Source of the DNA: Octopus vulgaris
Taxonomy: Eukaryota
Direction: 5' to 3'
NCBI GenBank assembly: GCA_951406725.2
Contig: OX597831.1
Coordinates: forward strand, 17,546,001-17,610,000
Length of the DNA stretch: 64,000 nt
Part shown: positions 53,746 to 64,000 of the stretch, piece by piece
How the letters are laid out: each line of letters opens with the position of its first letter
How positions within the stretch are numbered: the stretch's first letter is position 1
Translations under genes and position numbers: made by a program
The notes under the pieces: generated by a model
Told to the model about the DNA's origin: nothing
Databases searched by the model: none
Seen by the model: the letters and a program-made list of their open reading frames with translations, nothing else

Positions 53746-56700
53746 TATGGGTTTTTCTTCTTCTTTCAAATTTGCTTCCATTTCTTGCCGGGTATCTTCC
53801 CGACTCCTAGGGCAAAGAAACTCATTGTATATATTAGTAGGCCATTGAATTAAATTCACTAGTTCGTTCATTTTTCTTTTATAGAAATAAAGATAAATTA
53901 AAATACATGGGTAGTAATAGTTCTCACATCGACAATGCTCTTCTCAAAACGTGTTATGTACCAGTTAAGACAATATTTTGCACTTCTTAAAGGGAAAGTA
54001 AGCCAGGGATCATTCTCATATAATTTTCGGTTCCCTTCGTGATCATTCCTAGTGCTCCTACGATCACTGGTATTGTAACCGCCTTGAGATGCCACATTTT
54101 CTCAATTTCAATGAGCAAAGCTTATTGTTTTGGTCTTTCACAACAATATCCGGTTTATTGGCTTTGATGGTTCGGTCTGTATGTACTGGAGAGTCCCACA
54201 GAATCGTTACATTTTCTCCTTCAGTTACAGCCTCAGGGCGGTGATTATACCACTTGTCGGCAGTTTTGATATTGTAATGCCGACATATTAGCCAATGTAG
54301 ATATTGGCCAACTCTGTCATGTCTTAATTTATACTCCATTGGTGCTAAGACTTTACATCCAGAGATTAGGTGGTCCACTGTTTCAATCATGTCATTGCAG
54401 AATCGGCATTTTGTGTTTGCTCCAATTTTAATCACATTGTTCTGGTAGTTCCGGGTTAATAGGCTTTGATCTTGAGCAGCCAGGATGAAACCTTCGCTCT
54501 CTGGATTTAGCCCTAAGCTCCGTAGCCACTGATAGGTTTGCTTCTTGTCAACATCAGCTTATTTGCTGCGGGTTACATATTTGCCGTGCAGAGGTTTCTC
54601 CTCCCACCTATCAGCCAATTGCTCGTGTGCTTTTTTCGTTGCCATTATTTTCACCTTTGCAGCAATAGTTACCGTACTTCCCTCAGGTTGTTCAGTTTGG
54701 GTATTCTGCACGAGATCAATAGCAAAACTTTTGCTTTCCTTTATGTTAGAATGAAGCTTCTTTCGTCTCTCATGATTTTCTACGAGCTTTAGCATCCAGT
54801 CATTCGTTATTTCGAGATATTTGGCCAGTTCAATTGTGGTTGTTTTGTACGAACTACGTCTGCCTTTGGGTGGTGCATCCTATTACAACTCAGCAGCTTG
54901 CGTATTTTCCTATCTATATTCTTTATTTCACTCATATTCCAGTTCAACACGTTGTAGCTAAAAGTAACAACTGGAACTCCAAAGGAATTTATAGCTAACA
55001 CCTTGTTACGTGCATTTAGTTCAGATTTCAGGACTACACGAACTCTCCTATAACATTCCTTCCTGATCTTCTCTTTCATGCTTGCATGCTGAATACCAGA
55101 GCCTTCCTTTATACCTAAATATTTTATGTTTGTTCTTGCTCAAGCTTACTTATGACTGTGTCAACATCTAACACGACTGAATTTGTGGTCTTCACTTTCC
55201 CTTTCTGGAAAGTGGCCTTGGCACACTTCTCAAGCCCAAACTCCATCCCGATGTCATCGCTGAATGCTTTCACAGTGCGCAATAGGTCTTCAAGTTCATT
55301 ATCGTCTTTACCATAGAGTTTTAAGTCGTCCATATAAAATAGATGACTTATACTTTTATTGGCAATTTTATACCCATACCCTGTTCTGTTTAATTCACTT
55401 GTAAGGGGTATTAGGGCTATGCAGAATATTAAAGGTGAAAGTGAGTCACCTTGAAAAATTCCACAGTTGATTTTTATATTATATGAGGCAAGTATTCCAT
55501 TAGAGTAGTATAATTGGAGATTCGTATTCCACAACGACATATTGTGCTTCAGGAAGTTTGAAATCACAGGGGAAATTTTGAAGATGTCCAGCGATCTCAA
55601 GATCCATGGATGCGGTATACTGTCGAAGGCCTTTTTATAGTCAATCCATGCGGGGCTGAGATTTCTGCACTTGTTGTGACAGTTCTCAAGGATCATACGA
55701 TTAATTAGCAGTTAATCTTTGCATCCGTAAGAGCCTCGGCGACACCCTTTTTGTTCAGTGGGGAAAATATTGTTCTTCTCCATGTAAGCATATGTTTTCT
55801 CCGCCAGTATAGATGTTAGCATTTTATACGTGGTGGATAAACAGGTTATATGGCGATAGTTTTTTGGAAGGTTGGTTTCCTTATTCTTTGGGAGTAGGTA
55901 AGTAATACCACTTGCTAACCATTCAGGTGTTTTCTTTGTATCTCTCATAATTCCATTGAACAGCTGAACTAGCTTACTGTGTGCGCATGGGAGCGATGCG
56001 AGCCAGAAATTCGGCACCCTATCTTTCCCGGGGATTTCCAACTATGGGCCTTCTTTAGTGTCTTTATTAGGTTTGCTATTGTGATGTCTTCCCATGCTTG
56101 TTGTAAATTTTGGTAGGATCCTTCTGTTTGTATAATCCAGTCTACATTTATGTTGTACGTCTTCTCGTCACTCCAAATCCTTTTCCAAAAGTTTTGAACT
56201 TCTTCCATGGGGGGTGTCTTTAACCGTTACATTCTCCTTCCCTATTTCTCTGTAGAATTTTTGGGCATTGGATGTGAACAGCTTATTTTGCTTGTTAAAC
56301 TTGTTTCTCTTCTCAAATTTTCGTATTCTTTGAGCTTTTGCTTGGACATTTTGTTTCAGCGTTTCTTTTATTGATATCAGTTCTTCTCTTGGTGAGGATC
56401 CAAATTTTCTCTTCATCTTTCTTCCTGTTCAGAATATTACATTTTCACATATTAGTCAATTTAATATTGATATTTCCCCCCTCATATATTCAATCACTTT
56501 TTCAATTTTACATCTCCAGTTTTGATTTCTTTCCAGGTTTGGTTTTCTTTGTTTTTTCGGGGGCATACAGCTGGTTCCAATTGCCCTTGCAGAAGCGTAA
56601 ATTATTTCTTTTAACTCAGTAAAATCAGGTTCTAATTCTTGTATTATTTCATTTGTTACATAGTTGCCAATTTGGATTTGTTTTTTTTATTTTGGTTTGT

Positions 56701-58805
56701 ATTTGAGAGTTTATGAAGTTGTTCTCTATCATTCATACTTGTATGTCTTACAACTTCAAGCGTATTCAGGTTTTTCTGCCTCATTTCTGCTATAGACTCT
56801 CTGTGTTCTTCAGCAAATGCGAGATCTTCAGTTACTGTTGTTTTATCATTTTCCTGACTTTCTTTAACAGGTTCAATAGAATTTCTTGTATCTTCAGGCC
56901 TTTGCGTACTTTGGTCAGATGGCAGTCTTTCAATTAAGCCTCGTGGCGGGCTATATTGTTCATTTGATTCTTCATTTCCTTTGTGTCTTATATTTATGTC
57001 ATTTTCCGTTGCGTGCTTGATCGCGCTTATTTCACTGTCTGTGAGTCTGTTATTTCTGAGGATATTCCTCCTCCCATTTGTCAATTTGTTCTCGTCCAAA
57101 TAGGACCTACTGACTTGATTCTGTGTTCTCCATATACTGTAAGTGTTTGCGGTGTGTCTCTCTTGAGATGGCCTACCTAATGCATAGTAATTAGCGTATA
57201 TTACTTCTTTATACTCTTCTCGGGTCCATTTGTTCCGCTTATATTTTTCTTTCTGTGGTGGTTGTGGTGGTGAACTTGGAGGGCTCGAGTTGGGGAATTT
57301 CCCGTTCAAGTGACCATCCATCCGGAGAAGAGCTTGTGCCAGTTGATAACTTTTCGATTCTAGGCTGGCTCTGCCATGGGGCGCGCGCTTCCAGATTATC
57401 CACAGGACAAGCGATTTGGTATACTGATTTAGTTTTCCTTTTACTTTCCAAAAACATTTTGGTGCTACGATAATGTTATTATTTTTGTGCCCTGAGTGGC
57501 TCGTGGGGAGACGGCCATCATTGCCGTTGCAATTATAATCGTACCATTATAGCAGCCGTAGCCGACCTGTGGTCACTCCTTGTAGTCATGGCAACAGTGT
57601 ATTATTATTATTATTTAGAGGAAGGATAAGGCAGCAGTGTAATATTATTATTATTATTATTATTTAGAGGAAGGATAGGGCAGGTTGGCAGTAGATAGGC
57701 ATGATGGCAGACATACAGTTGGATATCGTTAGTCTATAAATAGACTCAATAGGAGAAGGCGAGGGGTGAAAGTGTGATTGTACCCATGTGGTCCAGCAAT
57801 AAGCGGTCAGAAGAGGTCAAATATGTGTTTACTACCGACTCACCTTGCGCGTTTTAATTACCGATAGAAAGATAGAAATAAAATACATACACTCACACTC
57901 ACATATATATAATTTCTATATATATAAATTGCTTAAATTAGTTATCCAATGGCGTTTAAGAGTGTTCTAGCAGATTTTTTTTTTCATAGTTGGCTATTCA
58001 CAGTACAATTTATATATTAAAGATGATCGTTTGTGTGTGTTTAGCAATTTTAAATGTTTTATCATTTATGTGTTCGTCCAGAGAAAACTGAATATAATCA
58101 AGTTTTTCAGCCTGTAAATTGTTTAAGTAAAGATATCCAGAGAGTTAAAGAGTGTTCTTGCAGAGAAATTTTTTACATATTTGGCTATTCACATTACAGT
58201 GTAGATATAAAAGTTCTTAAAGATGATCGTTTGTGTGTTCACGGAAACTTTTACATTTCACATAATATTATGGATATTAATGTTTTTAGAGATGATCGTT
58301 TGTGTGTCCGTCCAGAGAATACTGTAGATAGTCAAGTTTTTAAAGTTATTTAGAATGAGATTTTGAATATCCACAGAGGATTATAGATACTTAAGTTTTC
58401 AAAAAAAATGTTTTTTGGTTGTAATAGAATGTCTGTGTATATATATATAATTTCTATATATATAAATTGCTTAAGTTGGATAACCGGAGGCGTCTAAGAG
58501 TGTTCATGCAGAGAAAAAAGGGATGTTTACATATTTAGCTAGTCAGAGAGAAAACAAGAGTTCTGGGTATTCATAGGAAATTGTAGATATTAAAGTTTTT
58601 AAAGATGGTTGTTTGTGCGTTCGTCCAGAGAAAATTGTAGATAATCAAATTTTTAATGCTAATCAGAATGAGATTTTAGGTACTCACGGAAAATTTTAGA
58701 TATTCCAGTTTTTAGAAGTTGGTTTTTCAGTTGTAGTAGAATTCCTGTGTCTTCAAGTGCTGACTTATCAGAGCAGCGAAAGACACGTCTAGCTGCTACA
58801 ACAAC
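53745..58805 (-). mobile_element. Near full-length R4/Dong-type RLE retrotransposon, decayed
   Basis: N-terminal KWTREEYKEVIYA, RT (GIFQGDSLSPL, FYMDDLKL), CCHC CRFCNDMIETVDHLISGC, RHDRVG, NKPDIVVKD endonuclease, ALSM* and (TAA)n tail. Confidence 0.92.
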
Positions 58806-58882
58806 ACTCACCAAGGCCCATAGTTGGAAATCTCCCGGTAAAGACAGGGTGCCGAATTTCTAGCTCTCATCGCACCCATGCG

Positions 58883-58941
<59 letters not shown>

Positions 58942-58952
58942 TATTATTATTA

Positions 58953-60800
58953 TTCAGTTTTATTTTTATAGCGTGCTTTCACTCCACTACCGAGCGCAGC
59001 TCTGTGTGCCTTGGGTATGTGCTGTGATTTGTTGTGATGCTCTGATGGTTATTGTATGGAAAGTGTTCTGCGTAGGATGTGTGCAGTGCCTAGTAGTGCA
59101 ATTTTCTGTATGTTATATGTGTTTGTAAGTCCTGGTGTTTTTGTTATGTATTTGTCTGAATATTTTTTTATCATGCCTAATGCACCTACTATGATAGGAA
59201 TTGTTTCTGTTTTCAGGTTCCACATTCTAGTTACCTCTATTTCCAGGTCTTTGTATTTTGAGAGTTTCTCCATTTCTTTTAGAGACACGTTGTCATCAGC
59301 CGGTATTGATACATCAAGTAGAAAGCATTTTGTTTCATCGTGATCTCTGACAACTATATCTGGTCTGTTGGCCTTAATTTCTCTATCTGTGTGTATCGGC
59401 ATATCCCAGAGTATGGTTGCTTTCTCGTTTTCTGTGACCTTTTCTGGTGTGTGCCTATACCATCTTTTTTTTTGTTGTTATTCCATAATGTTGGCATTGC
59501 TTCCAATATATGTAGGTTCCAACTCTGTCATGTCTGTGAATATATTCCTTCTTAGCCAGGACTGGGCAGCTAGAGATAATATGATTTATTGTTTCTTGTC
59601 CATCTCCACATATTCTGCAGCTACTTGTAATAATTCTTTTCATTACATGTTTTTGGTAATTTCTGGTGGGGAGGCTTTTAAAAATCCCTCTGTTTCTGCT
59701 TTGAGTCCTGAGCTTCTCAACCATTGCTGGGATTTTTCATTGTCTATTTCTTTTGCGTTTAGTTTAGTGCAGTATTTACCATGAAGTGGTTTTTCTTGCC
59801 ATCGTTTTATCATGGCTCGTTGCTGTTCTATTTTTAGTTTGGATTTCATTTGTTTTATAGCTTTTGTTGTTTCTTCATCATCTTCTTCTTCTTTGTGTTT
59901 ATTAGGTGGTATGATTTCTTGTTTGTATTTGTCAGCTTCCTTAAATACTGAGAACAGTTTTTTGTTTTGCTCGTGTTTTGCTGCTATCTGGATCAGTTTT
60001 CCTTCCTTCTGAAGTAGGTATTTTTGCAGTCCTATGGTGGTTATTTTATAGTAGTTTTCCAGCTGTATAAGGCCTCTACCACCTTCTATACGTTGTATAT
60101 ATAGTTTTTCTATGTCAGATTTTGGGTGATGCATCCTATCAGTATTTTTCTTGTTTTCCTATCTATTTTGGACAGTTCATTTCGTGTCCGGTTAAGGATA
60201 TTGTAATTGTAACTTATAACTGGGACAGCTAAAGTGTTGATACCTATTATCTTGTTTTTAGCATTGAGCTCTGTTTTTTTGTATTGATCTAACTCGTCTA
60301 TAATATTCTTTTTTCATTTTCTCTTTCATTTGTGTGTGTTGTGTCTTATCTAGTTCATGGATTCCTAAGTATTTGTAAGTTTGTCTTTGGACTAATTCTT
60401 TTATTTCATTGGTTTTATCTAGTGTGATGTTGTTACTCTTAACTAGTTTTCCTCTTTTCATGGTTACTTTGGCGCATTTTTCTAATCCAAATTTCATATC
60501 TATTTCTTTGGTAAATCCATGAACTGTCTTTAATAGTGTTTCCAGCTGTTTGTCATTTGCAGCGTATAGTTTTAGGTCATCCATATATAAAAGGTGGCTG
60601 ATCGTTTTGCCGTAACATTTATATCCGCATCCAGTTCTATTTAGCATATCAGATAGAGGTGACAGTGCCAAGCAGAAAAGGAGTGGAGAGAGCGTGTCTC
60701 CCTGGAATATTTCTCTTCCAATGGGGATGTCTTTGGTTTTCATGAGTCCCTCTTTTGTTTGGAGGTGTAGGACTGTTTGCCATTTGTTCATAGAGTGCTC
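58953..60800 (-). mobile_element. 5'-truncated R4/Dong-type retrotransposon, second subfamily
   Basis: IFQGDTLSPL, LYMDDLKL, CRICGDGQETINHIISSC, RHDRVG, NRPDIVVRD..LLDVSIP; (TTA)n on both sides. Confidence 0.92.
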
Positions 60801-60903
<103 letters not shown>

Positions 60904-60997
60904 TTATTATTATTATTATTACTATTATTATTATTATTATTATGTTTATTTAAATTATTATTATTATTATTATTGTTATTAATATTATTATTATCAA

Positions 60998-61533
60998 ATG
61001 ACAGCTTAGTGTATGCCATTATGGTGAACCTTGGTTAAAATATAGGAAGCCTAGTATGATAACTGTACAACAGGCGCATGCATCACAAGCTTGTGTCGGC
61101 AGCATGGTGGGTTTTATATCAAGTTTAGTAGCGCCTGACATTGCAGCTGGGATCCAGCTGGAATTTTCTTCAGGTAGGAAAGCAAATCCCACTGAAATAA
61201 TTCCCGAAGAAGGCTTGTATATTGTTTTGGGACAAAACAACCATGTTTCCAGAGGTGAATTGTTCAAACTCCAAAGATTGCTTCTCAAGATGTGGCTATG
61301 GTGCTCCACAACTACTTCTGTTCGTGATCAGAGATGCACATATCTTCAGCCACTAAAAGACATGCTCAACTGGTTAAGGTCAAACAACTGACAAGCAAAT
61401 CTGTTGTATTGAGCAGAATATTTACTGTAGCCCATCTTTTACGCCAAGACAAAACAATGTACATGATAAAACTTCCAATCAGTTAATATCAGAAATCATG
61501 AGAACCATTGTCTCTTACTGCATCAGAGCATTG
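60998..61533 (-). mobile_element. Diverged copy of the 29873-30425 repeat
   Basis: gtgatcagagatgcacatatc...tgacaagcaaatctg...ttccaatcagttaa is the reverse complement of 29873-30090. Confidence 0.8.
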
Positions 61534-61639
61534 TTAAATTGTGCTTTCTACGGCAATAAATTTCCTTTTTTGCGATTATTTTCATTAAAAACCGCTTCCA
61601 TCAAATATTCAACAGGTTCCTTTATTCAATTCCACGGGT

Positions 61640-61731
61640 CTTTTCTTCTTCTTCTTCTTCTTTTTCTTCTTCTCCTTCTTCTTCTTCTTCTTCTTCTTCT
61701 TATTATTATTATTATTATTTTTCTTCTTACA

Positions 61732-61768
<37 letters not shown>

Positions 61769-61826
61769 TTCTTCTTCTTCTCTTCATTATATTTTTATTA
61801 TCATCATCAGTGTCATCACCATCAAG

Positions 61827-61868
<42 letters not shown>

Positions 61869-61925
61869 CATCATCATCATCCTCATCGTCATCATCCTCA
61901 TCATCATAATCATCAACAATAATGT
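61640..61925. repeat. (CTT)/(TTA)/(CAT) compound microsatellite
   Basis: Read directly. Confidence 0.95.
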
Positions 61926-62444
61926 GCACTAAGTAACGTCGGTTTGGTCCTATCTGTTTATAGAATTTATGAAGTTCCGTGTATCTCAGCTATAATCGAC
62001 TGTGATATTGCTAAATCCTTCTTTTTGATAGGTACATCCCCGAAAATTCTTTCCAATGTGCGTTTAGCGTTAGGGCTAAAAAGTGTATATACGGTGGTTG
62101 AAATATATCATTCCACATACATAAAACTTGTCGGACATAAAAAATGCGAATCGTCAAATAATGAAAACAAAGGCAGTGAAAACAATCATAAATGAAATTT
62201 ATACGTTGTGCCATTCTAGGAAAAGCACCTGTTACATCAAAGTGTTGTATATAATACGAATGATGTTATATGTGACGTATTGACCTATGCAAGAGATAAG
62301 ACGTGGAATATGAGAGGCAACAAAACCATGATAGCAATCTACATATATCTTTTGCTTCCTATACTTGGTAAGTGTTTTGAAAATTACATTACATAAATGG
62401 TTATCTATTAATTTACCTAGAATTCTAAGCTGATATTTGTCATT

Positions 62445-64000
62445 TTTCATTTCTTCATATCCATCTAGTTTCAGCTCCCAAGCTATGGCCAAGCTGGGGC
62501 ATCGCCATGCGGTGTTGCTACACGATTTTAATTCATGAATGCTTTTTAGCAATTGACATTTGGTGCACGAGAGTGTTTGAGGAGGCTGCCCTCATTTGCA
62601 CCTCCTGCCGTGGAGTTAGTTCATCTGGGACACCTGATAGTAAGAGGTCCAACTTTATTTTAAAGACATCCGCATCCACCCCATGCAGGTCTCTCTGGTT
62701 GTTCGGGAGGTTTTTTGAAGATCTGTGGACCTCTGAAGCTCAGGCTATCACAGTATCTTGTCCTACATCATGATGGCAAATTTGGTGTCCTTGGCACTAT
62801 GCAGTGGGGCCCAGTTCTAGTATTTGTGTAACTCTCGATTCCAAAGTTTGGGAGAAGTTCATCTAGGATCTTCCAGATGTATATTATGGCATATCTTTCT
62901 CGCCTACGCTCTAAGGAATAGAGTCTTAATCTCTTGAATATTTCCCAATAGTTTATATGCCTCACAGAGTCTATATTCGTGTAGCTTCGTTATATCGCCT
63001 CAAATTCTGTGATTAATTTGAAACTGGTGGGTGACCGTATCTGAGATAAATAATCAAAGTGGCTTAGGACAAGTGTCCTCCAGAGGACCATCATGGTTTC
63101 TTGGTTTCTTGTTCTAAAAGCCCTAGGAATCCATCCGGTTAGCCGCCTACATTTCATTGCCAATTTAGTAACATGCACATGAAAGGTTGCCTCATCACTC
63201 ATGTAAATACCCAGGTCTCGCACTGATTGTGCCTCTGGGATTGCAGTCCCTTCAGGTCCAGTGTATTTTTTAGGTATTGCATTTAGTTATTCATGCTGAT
63301 TTTATAAAGCTTGAAACTTTTCAGCATTGAAATGCATGCTATTCTTTTCAGCCCACTTTTATATTTTGTCCAGCTCACATTGCAGGTGCTTATTGTTTTC
63401 AGGGTTCTGTATTGCCTGTGAAACTTTTTTATCATCTGCATAACTTGTGATTGTGTCTTTCTGCGTGACTGAGGGCATCTCTGTGAGGGCCATTATGAAC
63501 AGCAGTGGTCCCAAAAGAGAGCCTTGCGGAAAAACGCTCACTATTTTCGCGTTATTGGAGGTGGCTCCATTGGCTAATACCACCTGACATCTATCCTTCA
63601 GAAAGTCATCAAGCCATTCTCCTAATTTCCCTACTATGCCAAGATCACGCAGTTTGTGACATATTCCATGATCGATTTTATCAAAGGCTATTGTAAAGTC
63701 GAGATGTATGACTTCCACATTTGAGTGGTTGTGCAGTCGTTTCAGGACCCAGTCATAGTGTTGTAGGAGCTGAGTTAAGCAGCTTCCTCCTGGTCGGAAA
63801 CAATGTTGGGTGTCAGGCAGCAAGTCATTTTCTTCAAGGAAGGTGATTAGTTTCCATCTGACTATTCCTTCCATGACTTTGCTGATGTGTGAGGTCAGAG
63901 AGATAGGTCTGTACATCTTGTCTCCGCTCTGCTACCTCCTTTATGAATAGGGCATATTTTACCTTCCTTCAGTTTTCTTGGAAGTTTGCCAGTTGCAAGG
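62445..64000 (-). mobile_element. CR1-group LINE, 3' part (RT to tail), runs off the window
   Basis: YRPISLTSH, QHCFRPG, PQGSLLGPLLF, YADDKK, RDLGIYM, LYSLERRRERY; 3' end gcgatgccccagcttggccatagc..gctgaaactag. Confidence 0.9.

Overview
AT-rich, microsatellite-dense eukaryotic DNA with no intact protein-coding gene. The SINE families, the (TA)n/(TAA)n load and the style of the C2H2 zinc-finger N-terminus fit a cephalopod (Octopus-like) genome; this is inference. Content: a near-complete mariner (DD34D), three copies of one DD37D element, Tc1 remnants, two near full-span and two truncated R4/Dong-type RLE LINEs sitting in (TAA)n, two CR1-group APE-RT LINEs, several tRNA-derived SINEs, a Penelope-like GIY-YIG remnant and one decayed C2H2 ZNF gene. 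All of this overlies an old, diverged, roughly three-copy tandem segmental duplication. The most striking signal not visible in the ORF track is about ten short inserts, mostly embedded in (TA)n, that carry minimal type I hammerhead-ribozyme architecture (CUGANGA...GAAA, palindromic stem III, UH). They include an intact pair in a 530-bp fold-back, a U3:A8 compensatory variant, and a tRNA-headed SINE ending in a hammerhead-like module. Boundaries were read by eye and are approximate unless TIRs or TSDs are quoted; identity figures are visual estimates.
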